A stretch of 50,542 nucleotides of DNA from Alphaproteobacteria bacterium (GTDB lineage Bacteria > Pseudomonadota > Alphaproteobacteria > Paracaedibacterales > VGCI01), in assembly GCA_021323455.1 (NCBI GenBank), contig JAJONN010000007.1:1-50542 (forward strand). Reading direction: 5' to 3'. This document shows, piece by piece, positions 19,147 through 28,735 of the stretch; within the stretch, counting starts at the first letter, position 1, and each line of letters opens with the position of its first letter. Both the position numbers and the translations under genes were made by a program. The notes beneath the pieces were generated by a model. The model did not search any database. It was not told the DNA's origin and worked only from the letters and a program-made list of their open reading frames with translations.

Positions 19147-20330
19147 TGTATCGTTATTGCCACCTTATCCTTATGACAAGCACCCTTCTCCTTGCCAGTT
19201 GCCGGGATTCAACGACAGATTCTCAGTCTGGCATTCTGTTTTCTGAAACACTCATCGCCAAAACCCTAGAAAGAGTAAGACACGAATACGTCGAAAAACC
19301 AGATGAAAAAAAGATGCTTGAAGGCGCTCTCAATGGTATGCTCATGGCCTTAGATCCTTATTCTTGTTTCTTAAACCCAGAATCTTACAAAATATATACG
19401 CAATCCACCAAGGGAGAATTTGGCGGGTTAGGTATGGAAGTTTTACTTATTGATGGAGTTTTAAAAGTTATTTCCCCAATGGATGATATGCCCGCGCAAA
19501 AAGCTGGAATTAAGCCTGGAGATATGATCACGCATGTGGACAGCATCCCGATCGCAGGACTCGCGCCTGAAGACGTTTTGAAACGCCTACATGGAAAGCC
19601 AGGAACATCTGTATCTTTAAAAATTAACCGAGGAACAGCAACGCCCTTTACGGTTAAAATCACCCGTGATCTTATTATTGTTAATCCCGTTAAATACCGT
19701 ACGGAAGGCCCTATAGGTTATATCCGAGTTAGTTATTTTAACGACCTCACAACCGAGAAGTTAACAGCAGCAATCCAGGCTATTCAAAAGGTCTTGGCCA
19801 AATCCTTGCGAGGGGTTGTTCTGGATTTGAGAAACAATCCCGGCGGTACGCTAGAGCAAGCTGTTTCTGTATCAAATTTATTTCTGGATTCTGGCGCCAT
19901 CGTCCACGTTAAAGGCCGGAACGCTATCCATAACCAGACTTTCACGGCAAAAGGGAAAGACCTTCTCAAAGACATCCCCCTAGCGATCCTCATCAATCAG
20001 GGATCCGCCTCTGCCTCTGAAATTGTTGCGGCAGCCCTGCGAGACAACCATCGAGCCGTCTTGATTGGAGAAAAAACATTTGGGAAAGGATCTGTCCAAG
20101 CTTTATATGCTCTGGAAAATTATGGGGGCATTAAAATCACAATTGCCCGCTTCTACACCCCAAAAGGAGAAGAGATTCAAGGCAAAGGCATTCAACCTGA
20201 TATTTTCTTAACGCTTACGCCTCCTGAACCCGTAAAAGACCCTGCCACGGATGCAAAGCCGGACGACAAACAACTTCAACGGGCCATCGACCTCCTTCAT
20301 GGCCTGTGGGCTGTTAAAATACGGCCATGA
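19146..20330 (+). CDS. ctpA: S41 carboxy-terminal processing protease
   Basis: LDPYS, GEFGGLG PDZ, DLRNNPGG, SASASEIVA, TFGKGSVQ; lipobox LASC. Confidence 0.93.
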   Translation: MYRYCHLILMTSTLLLASCRDSTTDSQSGILFSETLIAKTLERVRHEYVEKPDEKKMLEGALNGMLMALDPYSCFLNPESYKIYTQSTKGEFGGLGMEVLLIDGVLKVISPMDDMPAQKAGIKPGDMITHVDSIPIAGLAPEDVLKRLHGKPGTSVSLKINRGTATPFTVKITRDLIIVNPVKYRTEGPIGYIRVSYFNDLTTEKLTAAIQAIQKVLAKSLRGVVLDLRNNPGGTLEQAVSVSNLFLDSGAIVHVKGRNAIHNQTFTAKGKDLLKDIPLAILINQGSASASEIVAAALRDNHRAVLIGEKTFGKGSVQALYALENYGGIKITIARFYTPKGEEIQGKGIQPDIFLTLTPPEPVKDPATDAKPDDKQLQRAIDLLHGLWAVKIRP

Positions 20331-20569
20331 ACACCCGATTGCCTTTCTTTAAGAGCCTGTTTAAAAAAGGATTTCAAAAAAAATTGTCCAAAGCGCAAAA
20401 GAAAATGGTATCATTATAATAAGTGTGCTAGTCATTCCTGCTTTTATAGACCATTTGCCGGAATGGATGGACACCTTGGAAAAAGGGACATCAATTTTTC
20501 ATAACGATTGCCGACTTAAAGACCCCAGAACTTTCCCTGGGCGCTACCGGGAACATCAAGGTACGACAG

Positions 20570-21079
20570 ATGCCAACAAACAGGAGCCATATCAACCCAG
20601 ATAACATTATGTACCGCAGGGGCATCGGCCTTATGATTTTGAATAACGTTCAAAAAGTATGGGTCGGCCAGCGGCATGATACAAGCAACCTTATTGGATC
20701 CCACGCATGGCAAATGCCGCAAGGAGGCATTGACAGCACTGAAACACCCTGGCAGGCCGCTTTACGCGAGATGAAAGAAGAGATCGGCACCGTCAACGTT
20801 CGTCTCATTGCAGAAAGCCAAAATTGGATATCTTATGACTTTCCTGAAGAACTGCATACGAAATTGTGGGGAGGACGGTTTTTTGGCCAAACCCAAAAAT
20901 GGTTCCTCTTAAAATTTTTAGGAGATGACGCCGAAATTAATATCAACACGCGCCATCCTGAATTTATTGCTTGGCGCTGGGTTGATGCTCATCAACTCCC
21001 GGATCTCATTGTCCCTTTCAAGCATGACCTTTATCTTAAGGTTCTGGAAGAATTTAAAGATTATTTGTCAATTAATTAG
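20570..21079 (+). CDS. rppH: RNA pyrophosphohydrolase
   Basis: WQMPQGGID, Nudix box REMKEEIG, GQTQKWF, PEF..WRW, IVPFK. Confidence 0.93.
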   Translation: MPTNRSHINPDNIMYRRGIGLMILNNVQKVWVGQRHDTSNLIGSHAWQMPQGGIDSTETPWQAALREMKEEIGTVNVRLIAESQNWISYDFPEELHTKLWGGRFFGQTQKWFLLKFLGDDAEININTRHPEFIAWRWVDAHQLPDLIVPFKHDLYLKVLEEFKDYLSIN

Positions 21080-21227
21080 GGCGTCTCATCAATAGAAGGA
21101 TTATGTAGCGAGAATGGTTTGTTTCGAGAACCGTATCGCAGAATACAATACATCAAAAGTATTTGAGTAACGGAAGCGTAAGAAAACGCCATTTGCAGGC
21201 CAAAAGACGATCACGGATCACACGCTC
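21079..21227 (+). mobile_element. MITE with IS5-type ends, copy 1 (inserted at the rppH stop codon)
   Basis: TA|GGGCGTCTCATCAA...GATCACACGCTC|TA; interior homologous to 28736-28900. Confidence 0.8.
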
Positions 21228-21229
21228 TA

Positions 21230-21327
21230 GTGGTACAATCCGCAGATAATTTATTTTAATTTTAGGCTTTTAAATAGGCTTATAGAGGAGAATGCCTAAG
21301 TTTTTAAGATAAATCATTCAAGAAATT
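21230..21327 (+). mobile_element. Collapsed IS630 remnant (both ends, interior deleted)
   Basis: Begins TAGTGGTACAATCCGCAGATAATTTATTTTAA, like 22378. Contains AFK*AYRG and TTAAGATAAATCATT, like the right end at 22670-22730. Confidence 0.6.
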
Positions 21328-21431
21328 AAATTGATCGCTTGAAACCTCGTTATCCTACTGAAGTTTCTAAAAAATAAATCAAAATATTAAGTCTCGTGTA
21401 AATACATTTTAAATAGTTAATGGCGAACCTT

Positions 21432-21533
21432 CTGAAAGGGCTAATACCTTATGAGTTCATCATTAAAATCTGGCAATTAGAATCAAAAAGATTTATCATT
21501 GATTTGAATCACCACAATTTGCGAATAAATATT
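21432..21533 (+). pseudogene. IS481-family transposase C-terminal fragment
   Basis: LKGLIPYEFIIKIWQLESKRFIIDLNHHNLRINI resembles the IS481 tail LKGLTPYEFICKxW..EP.RF...P.H..PGLN. Confidence 0.7.
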
Positions 21534-21537
21534 CAAA

Positions 21538-22380
21538 ATGAAAATAATTTCTATTTTAGCATTATCTTTATTAATTATAATGACTTTAAGTATATTTTTC
21601 TTAAAACACAGATCTGCCATTAATCAGCTGCATATTGATTTTCAACATAAATTACCACCAGATGATATTCCAGAAAAACAATCTAAATTAGGTATCAAAT
21701 TATTTAATTTAGGTGTTTCATTCTATAATAAAGGAAATTATTTAGAAGCCATAAAATGGTATCAGAAAGCTGCTGATCAAGGAAACAGCATGGCTCAACA
21801 CAATTTGGGATTTATGTTCGATCATGGCAAAGGGGTAAAGCAAGATCATGCGGAAGCCATAAAATGGTATCAGAAAGCCGCTAATCAAGGGAATCTGCTT
21901 GCTCAATACCACTTAGGGCATATGTATGCAAGCGGTGAAGGAACAAAGCAAGATTATGTTGAAGCTATAAAGTGGCATCAGAAAGCTGCTGATCAAGGGA
22001 ACGCAGAAGCTCAATACGATTTAGGGGTTATGTATCTGGAAGGCACGGGAGTAAAGCAAGATTATATTAAGGCGAAACTACTGTTCCAGAAAGCCGCTGA
22101 GCAGGGTGATACACAGGCTCAGCACAACCTAGGACATATATATTTACGCGGAGATGGAGTAAAACAAGATTATGCTGAAGCCATAAAATGGTTCCAGAAA
22201 GCAGCACATCAAGGTGAGGCAGGTTCTCAATACGATTTGGGAGTTATGTATTTACGAGGAAAAGGAGTGAAACAGGATGAGAAAGAAGCCATAAAATGGT
22301 TCCAAAAAGCCGCTGATCAAGGGCATACAGGAGCTCAAAAGGCTCTAGGAATTTTGAAAGAGACAAAAACTGGAGTCTAG
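21538..22380 (+). CDS. Sel1-like repeat protein with N-terminal signal/TM segment
   Basis: About six 36-aa repeats AQYxLGxMYxxGxGVKQDYxEAIKWxQKAAxQG. Confidence 0.92.
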   Translation: MKIISILALSLLIIMTLSIFFLKHRSAINQLHIDFQHKLPPDDIPEKQSKLGIKLFNLGVSFYNKGNYLEAIKWYQKAADQGNSMAQHNLGFMFDHGKGVKQDHAEAIKWYQKAANQGNLLAQYHLGHMYASGEGTKQDYVEAIKWHQKAADQGNAEAQYDLGVMYLEGTGVKQDYIKAKLLFQKAAEQGDTQAQHNLGHIYLRGDGVKQDYAEAIKWFQKAAHQGEAGSQYDLGVMYLRGKGVKQDEKEAIKWFQKAADQGHTGAQKALGILKETKTGV

Positions 22381-22730
22381 TTGCCACAACTCTCAGATAA
22401 TTTATTTTAATTTTTTTAATGCGGAAAAAAGGCAAATCTAGGATTTTAAAATCGAAAGAGACCTGGGCGAAATTCTTAGCCGATCCCGCTCATAGAATTC
22501 GGTTTATCTATACACCTAAACATGCTTCGTAGTTAAATCAGGGAGAAACCTGGTTTAGCATTTTGGTCAAGCGTACTTAAAAGGCTATCTGTTAAATCAA
22601 CACAAAAGTTGAAGGAAAAAATATCTGGCTTTATTTACTATTTTAATACAACAATGGCCAAGTCTTCCACATGGTCTTATAAAGGGAGGTCTTTCAATGC
22701 TTAAGATAAATTATTTACGAATTGTTCCAT
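22380..22730 (+). mobile_element. IS630-family remnant, internally deleted, TA-flanked
   Basis: ILKSKETWAKFLADPAHRIRFIYTPKHAS*LNQGETWFSILVKR...YFNTTMAK..WSYKG; imperfect TIRs AGATAATTTATTTTAA / TTAAGATAAATTATTT. Confidence 0.85.
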
Positions 22731-23061
22731 TAGATCACATCCCTTGGAGACAACCTTTTCTTGTTTTTCAATACTTGACAATACCCCTTGATTGCGCCAA
22801 TGTCCGCTTTAGAAGCAAAGCCATTGAATGCAACATTGAGACCTTTTATCATTAAAGTATGATTTAATGTCAACAGCAATACCATTTATAGGTTCTCCAG
22901 AAATGAAGCGTTTGACTAGATATGATCCATTTTTCTTTCTCTTCTTCCCAAGTTTTCATAAGAAGAAACGAATGGGTTTTTTCTTTCTGGACCCCTTCTA
23001 TGCCCTTAAATTAGCCGCTAAGGTTTTTCAATACTAAATTTTAAAAGCTTCTGGAGCGCTG

Positions 23062-24164
23062 ATGCCAAATTCATCATCCCATCAATTGACATTTTTTTCT
23101 ATTCCCAGGCAAATTTGGGGTATTGGTTGGGGGGTTTTCTTTATCAATACCTCCTCCGTCATGGTTCGATCAATAGCCGCCGTTTACCTAAAAGCCGTCG
23201 TCGGTGTAGACATCGGCTGGATTGGATATGGGCAACGTTCGGCGGTGTTTTTATCTATCGCGTCATTGCGCGTATTGGCAATGGCATTCAGGCCACGCCG
23301 CGTGATGCCTTGGTCGGAGACATCGCTCCGGCAAAAAGCAGAGGCGCTTGTTACGGGTTGCGTGTGGGGTTAGGAATTGCAGGATCCTTTGCAGGGGCCT
23401 TTATCGCGTGGCACTTCATGCACAGAAGCAGCAATAATTATCAACAGCTTTTCTGGCTTGCGACCGTTCCTGCTGTTATTGCTGTTTTGACCGTCCTTGT
23501 CTTTATTAAAGAGCCTAAAAAGAACCTGCATCCGAAGGATCATCAGCCACGCCATCCAATCCATTGGGCAGATCTTCCCCGGTTAGGTCGCCGTTTTTGG
23601 ACCCTGATGGGGGTTATTGCTGTCTTCATGATTGCTCAAGTAGGTGAACCCTTTATGGTCTTGCATGCCCACCTCAGTTTTGGACTGCCAGAAGCCGATG
23701 CGCCTATTATTTTTCTCCTTTTCAACGCGACGCACTCAATCTCCTCTTTTCCTGTTGGCAAGCTTTCTGATCGTATGAGTCGCTACCATCTTCTCGGACT
23801 TGGTTTTATTATTTTGATTGCGTCAGATTTAATCCTTGCCATGGCGACCAATTTGACAACTGTTTATATTGGTATTGCTATATGGGGTTTCCAGATGGGC
23901 ATCCACCAAAGCATGTTTCTTGCCCTTGTCGCAGATAATTCGCCAGATGACCTTCGGGGAACCGCTTTAAGCGTTTACTATCTCATTAGCGGGGCTTCTC
24001 TGTTTTTAGCCAATACCTGTGGCGGCATTGTTGCACAACTTTTTAGCTCAAGCGCAACCTATTTGTTTTCCTTTGGTGTTGCCGTCATTGCGCTGATTTT
24101 CCTTCTTTTCATAATGCCAGAAAGAAAGAAAAACCCCATAAAATCGGATAAAACTATTGCTTAA
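23062..24164 (+). pseudogene. MFS transporter disrupted by an internal deletion and frameshift near 23225
   Basis: N-terminus in ORF 23062, remainder in ORF 23115 (RIGNGIQATPRDALVGD). About 46 codons present in the adjacent paralogue are missing. Confidence 0.8.
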
Positions 24165-24333
24165 AAGCTAAGCCTAAGGTAAGTTCCTTCTAGATTTAAA
24201 AACAAGCCCTTGAAAATAAAAATATAAGTACAATTTTGTGCGTTTTGGAAGGTGATGACTCTCCAGTGACCGCTTTGTCAAAACAAACGTATATTTACGC
24301 AAGGATGGATGTTATGACAAAAGCGGGGACAGG

Positions 24334-25638
24334 ATGTCGCTAATCCACAAATCAGCGAACCAGTTACCGCGATCTTTTTTTTCCGCTACGTCTCAATTTT
24401 TTTTCTCTTTCTTTTCTTCCGGTATGATTCCAAAGACCATATGGGCTTTAGGAACCGCGATGTTTCTGATCAACATATCCGTAATTATGGTCTATAGCCT
24501 TAACGCCCTTTATCTCAGTACCGTCATAGGCGTTTCAGCCGTGTGGATTGGGGTGCTCGAAGGCGTCATTGAAGCAACATCGTCTTTTATGAAATTATTT
24601 TCAGGTGTTCTCAGTGACTACCTTAAAAAGCGTAAAAGCATTATGCTGGTTGGCTATACCTTAACCCTTATGAGCAAGCCTCTTCTCGGTATATCCTCTA
24701 GCTTTGGAGCTACCTTTGTGTTCCGGCTTATTGAGCGCGTGGGAAATGGCATGCAATCCACACCTCGTGATGCCCTGATTGGTGACGTTGCACCAACAGA
24801 GCATCGAGGGGCGTGTTATGGTTTACAACGCAGCCTTGGTCTTATGGGATCTATTTCAGGCGCTCTATTAGCCATGGTCGCTATGTCTTATACAATTAAT
24901 AACTTCCAATCCGTATTCATGCTGGCCTCTATTCCCGCAGCCATTGCTTTAGGCATCTTGTATTTTGCGGTTAAAGAACCAAAACATGCCCATTATGCCA
25001 ATGACATTCAAATCAATAAGGATGAAGAACGCCATCCTATCCACTGGTCAGACTTTCGCCGCCTGGGAAAAGAGTATTGGGGGTTGATGGCCGTTGTTGC
25101 TATTTTCATGCTCGCCCGTGTCAGTGAAACATTCATCGTTCTAAATGCTGTCAAAAACTTTGACCTACCCAGTGATCGTGCCCCCTTCATTATGATCCTT
25201 TATAACATCACCTATTGTTTATGTTCCTTCCCCATTGGCCTTATATCTGACCGAATTGGCCGATATAAGCTGTTAATTTTGGGCATCAGCGCATTCATGA
25301 TTGCTGATCTCCTCATTGCCTTGGCACCGAATCTGTATACTTTGTTTATTGGCGTCCTCTTTTGGGGATGTCAAATGGGTATTTCTCAAAATATCTTTGC
25401 GTCCCTTATTGCAGATCTTGCCCCAGAGGATTTGCGAGGAACAGGGTTTGGCGTTTTTTACCTAATCAGCGGCATATCGGTCATTGCCGGTGGCGCTGGC
25501 GCTGGCATGATCGCTCACTTTTACGGAGAGGGATCAGCTTTCATAATGAGTTTTGGAATCGCAGGACTTTCCATGGCAGCCCTGCTCTTTTTTGCGCCTG
25601 GAAAAAAGAAAACGGTAGCTATTTCTCCCAAGGCGTAG
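24334..25638 (+). CDS. MFS transporter
   Basis: Multi-TM; GVLSDYLKKRK, ERVGNGMQSTPRDALIGD, GLISDRIGR. Confidence 0.92.
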   Translation: MSLIHKSANQLPRSFFSATSQFFFSFFSSGMIPKTIWALGTAMFLINISVIMVYSLNALYLSTVIGVSAVWIGVLEGVIEATSSFMKLFSGVLSDYLKKRKSIMLVGYTLTLMSKPLLGISSSFGATFVFRLIERVGNGMQSTPRDALIGDVAPTEHRGACYGLQRSLGLMGSISGALLAMVAMSYTINNFQSVFMLASIPAAIALGILYFAVKEPKHAHYANDIQINKDEERHPIHWSDFRRLGKEYWGLMAVVAIFMLARVSETFIVLNAVKNFDLPSDRAPFIMILYNITYCLCSFPIGLISDRIGRYKLLILGISAFMIADLLIALAPNLYTLFIGVLFWGCQMGISQNIFASLIADLAPEDLRGTGFGVFYLISGISVIAGGAGAGMIAHFYGEGSAFIMSFGIAGLSMAALLFFAPGKKKTVAISPKA

Positions 25639-25685
25639 TAGTAAAAATGGATAATACAATCCAAACTTGTTTGTCAGGAGATACC

Positions 25686-26252
25686 ATGCCGACGCCTTTG
25701 ATGCCCAAAGCAACCGCTGTTTGGTTAATTGAAAACACCGTATTAACTTTTGACCAGATTGCTGAATTCTGCAATATTCATCCGTTAGAGGTTCAAGCGG
25801 TTGCAGATGGCGAATCTTCAGTCGGCATGGTTGGTTTTAACCCCATTACCTCGCAACAATTAACAGCTGAGGAAATTAAGAGGTGTGAAGCAGATCCGAC
25901 AACTCACCTTCAACTTATGCCTCCTGTCACAGCAGAATCTTTGCTCGGCAAGAAAAAAACACGGTACACGCCCGTTGCCAAACGGCAGGATCGCCCTGAT
26001 GCGATTGCCTGGCTCTTGAAGTTTCATCCAAATTTAACGGATATGCAAATCTGCCGTTTGTTGGGAACAACAAAGCCAATGATTAAGTCAATCCGCACAA
26101 GAACTCACTGGAATACGAGCAATATCAAACCTCGAAGCCCTGTTCAATTGGGCTTATGCACGCAAAGTGAACTCGACACTGTTATTGAAGACGCGTCCCA
26201 TAAAAATGTCTCCTCAGACAGTACGCCAAAGGGTATTTTAGAGGGGCTATAA
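25686..26252 (+). CDS. trcR: DUF1013 protein (TrcR-type cell-cycle regulator)
   Basis: PLMPKATAVWLIENT.LTF.QIA.FC..HPLEV, RYTPVAKRQDRPDAI.WL, RTHWN; CAGGAG RBS before the ATG at 25686. Confidence 0.88.
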   Translation: MPTPLMPKATAVWLIENTVLTFDQIAEFCNIHPLEVQAVADGESSVGMVGFNPITSQQLTAEEIKRCEADPTTHLQLMPPVTAESLLGKKKTRYTPVAKRQDRPDAIAWLLKFHPNLTDMQICRLLGTTKPMIKSIRTRTHWNTSNIKPRSPVQLGLCTQSELDTVIEDASHKNVSSDSTPKGILEGL

Positions 26253-26437
26253 GGGGAGCTTTAAAAACTACGGTCTATTACCCATCATTTCTGAATAAGT
26301 ATGTATATGACTGGACAACAACCTTAATAAAAGCCAGAAGATACATAAGTTTACATAAAATTCTTGCAACCATTTCCAAAAAAACCGTAACGTGTCTTGA
26401 CAAATAGGCCAAAACTTGGCACCTTGGAAAGAAGCCG

Positions 26438-26452
26438 TTAACCTTTTATTAA
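26438..26452. promoter_or_regulatory. CtrA-type box upstream of the M23 peptidase
   Basis: TTAA-CCTTTTA-TTAA, about 50 bp before the start. Confidence 0.5.
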
Positions 26453-26502
26453 TTTTTCACCCCCTCTTTCGCTGCACGGGCGACCCTCAAGGGTGATTCA
26501 CC

Positions 26503-27903
26503 ATGTCATGTCTTCAGTCTGGGAGGTTTCATTTGGTTTCATTTTCTCGCACACAACTTATTGGCGTATGTTCTCTTCTTCTGGCCACAGGCGTTGCTGT
26601 CTATGAACATCAATCGCATCTTCCTGTCTTAACAGGAAATACGCGTGATCTCATTGTTGCCCAGAAGGATACGAAAGCGATCCCATCTAACTTAACAGAA
26701 CTTGCCGATCAAATAACAAACCTTACCGAGAGCATCCCGGAAATTACCCAAAAAGAAAACGTTCTTCAAATTTCTAGCGGAGATACTATGATGTCCCTGT
26801 TAGTCAAAATCGGTGTAAACCGAGAAGAGGCAACCCAGGCAATCCAAGCCCTCAAGCGTGTTTACGACCCCCGTGAGCTTAAAGTAGGGCAAGATATTAA
26901 TGTGCGTTACTGCCAAGATTCATCTAAAGATAATGTTTCTTTGTTAGGTCTTTCATTTAAGGCTTCCCATGAAAACGAAATCACGCTTGAAGCAGGAAAC
27001 GGGGCATTTACAGCTAAGAAATATCAAATTGCCTTGAAAAAAGTACAAAAGCGCGTTGAAGGAACAATTGGCTCCAGCTTTTATTCTGCCGCTCTCAAAA
27101 GAGGTGTCCCTGCCCATGTGGTTCGGGAGGCGATCAACGCCCTCTCTTACGACATTAACTGGCAACATGACCCGACCCGTGGTGACCCCTTTACCATTGT
27201 CTACGACGTTTATCAAGATACCAATGGTCAAGTCGTCCGAGCAGATAATTTAAAGTATGTTTCCTTTGCCCCTAGCGGGAAAAAAGCCGGTGGAAGAAAC
27301 AACGTGCGTCAAGTTTATCGCTTCCACCCCGTAAAAGGCGCTCCTGGCTACTACGATGCCAACGGAATGAATGTTGCTAAAACTTTGTTACAAACCCCCC
27401 TAGACCCCTCCAAAATGCGTGTTACCTCAAAGTTTGGGCGGCGTATCCACCCTTGCTTAGGCTACTCCCAACATCATAAGGGCGTAGATTTTAGCGCCCC
27501 AGCAGAAACACCCGTGCGCGCCGCCGGGGCTGGCACCATTGTTAAAGCAAGCTATTGGGGCAATTATGGCAATTATATTATGATTAAACATAATGATAAA
27601 TATAGCACGGCTTATGCTCATTTAAGCCGCATGAAAGTTAGAGTCGGCATGAAAGTGCGTCAAAACCAAATTATTGGAAATGTCGGTGCAACAGGCCGCA
27701 CAACGGGCCCTCATTTACATTACGAAGTTTTGTGCAATAATGTCCATGTGAACCCCCAAAGCATTAAGCAACTCCCGATGACAAAACTTACTGCCAAGGA
27801 TTTAGCAGATTTCCGCCGGGTTAAGGCACAAATTGAGAGGGAAGCCACCGAAGTGTCCACTTCCCAAGTTGCTTCGGCTGGCACACAAACACAGACAAGT
27901 TAA
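26503..27903 (+). CDS. M23 peptidoglycan DD-endopeptidase (MepM-like)
   Basis: HKGVD (HxxxD), YAHLS, TGPHLHYEV; N-terminal membrane anchor. Confidence 0.92.
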   Translation: MSCLQSGRFHLVSFSRTQLIGVCSLLLATGVAVYEHQSHLPVLTGNTRDLIVAQKDTKAIPSNLTELADQITNLTESIPEITQKENVLQISSGDTMMSLLVKIGVNREEATQAIQALKRVYDPRELKVGQDINVRYCQDSSKDNVSLLGLSFKASHENEITLEAGNGAFTAKKYQIALKKVQKRVEGTIGSSFYSAALKRGVPAHVVREAINALSYDINWQHDPTRGDPFTIVYDVYQDTNGQVVRADNLKYVSFAPSGKKAGGRNNVRQVYRFHPVKGAPGYYDANGMNVAKTLLQTPLDPSKMRVTSKFGRRIHPCLGYSQHHKGVDFSAPAETPVRAAGAGTIVKASYWGNYGNYIMIKHNDKYSTAYAHLSRMKVRVGMKVRQNQIIGNVGATGRTTGPHLHYEVLCNNVHVNPQSIKQLPMTKLTAKDLADFRRVKAQIEREATEVSTSQVASAGTQTQTS

Positions 27904-28025
27904 TTATCCTGTTGGCTCGGTTCGGAAAAACCCTTTTCAGCCGGGCACTTTCAAGAATAAATCAAAAAACTTGATCAAAGCGCTTGATTTTATCCTTGTA
28001 TAACGCTAAAAACGAGAGAATACTT

Positions 28026-28102
28026 GTCCCCATCGTCTAGCTGGCCTAGGACATCGCCCTTTCAAGGCGGTAACACGGGTTCGAATCCCGTTGGGGGCAC
28101 CA
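28026..28102 (+). tRNA. tRNA-Glu(TTC)
   Basis: GTCCCCA acceptor stem, anticodon loop CTTTCAA, GGTTCGAATCC T-arm, encoded CCA. Confidence 0.97.
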
Positions 28103-28323
28103 ATTTCAATTCCCTATAGCTAAAGCCTACAACTCTGAAACGTCACAGGTATGACATAATAAGCCGAATGTTATTTACAGATTTTTATGCTTTTCTTTTT
28201 TTTTCCTACTTTTTCCATAAAAATTCTGCTATACTTCGGTTGTAAGGTGCTTTAGAAGTTCCAAGTCCTGACTTAGACCTCTTTAAGCGGCCCGTTTCTT
28301 AGTACTTAAAGGAGTCTTGTTAG

Positions 28324-28665
28324 GTGAGTAAAAAATTAAGCAATTTGGCTTTTGCCATGTCCGATTCTACTTTAGAAGAGTTGTTTGGATCTATTGGCCA
28401 AGTTGTATCAGCGAAAGTTATCACAGACCGTGATACCGGACGAAGCAAAGGGTTCGGGTTTGTTGAAATGTCAACAGACCAGGAAGCTGTCGAAGCTATT
28501 GAAAAATTAAATGGCACGGAAGTTTTAGGGCGCGCCATTGGCGTTTCTGAGGCTCGCCCACAGCAACCGCGTGAAAACCGTGGTTTTGGTGGTGGAAACG
28601 GCGGTGGACGCGGTGGCCCTGGTGGGCGCAGTTCCTCTGGTGGATTTGGCCGCTCTGGTTATTAA
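28324..28665 (+). CDS. RRM RNA-binding protein with Gly-rich tail
   Basis: DRDTGRSKGFGFVEM (RNP1), VSEARP, GGRGG tail; GTG start after AAGGAG. Confidence 0.9.
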   Translation: MSKKLSNLAFAMSDSTLEELFGSIGQVVSAKVITDRDTGRSKGFGFVEMSTDQEAVEAIEKLNGTEVLGRAIGVSEARPQQPRENRGFGGGNGGGRGGPGGRSSSGGFGRSGY

Positions 28666-28691
28666 TTCCAGAAACTCACAAATGAAATTAC

Positions 28692-28725
28692 AAAAAGAGG
28701 CTGATTTTTTCAGCCTCTTTTTTTT
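28692..28725 (+). terminator. Rho-independent terminator
   Basis: AAAAAGAGGCTGA-TTTTT-TCAGCCTC followed by T8. Confidence 0.85.
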
Positions 28726-28735
28726 ACTTATATTA

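Noticed and set aside
20350-20570. Possible IS end (GAGCCTGTTTA) or remnant of the polysaccharide deacetylase often found between ctpA and rppH
   Set aside because: No partner repeat and no recognisable translation.
21750-22330. Regularly spaced DNA repeats suggesting a CRISPR array
   Set aside because: They are the 108-nt coding periodicity of Sel1 repeats; no cas genes and no unique spacers.
24250-24265. Fluoride riboswitch-like GGTGATGACTCTCC
   Set aside because: Spacing does not fit and the downstream conserved elements are missing.
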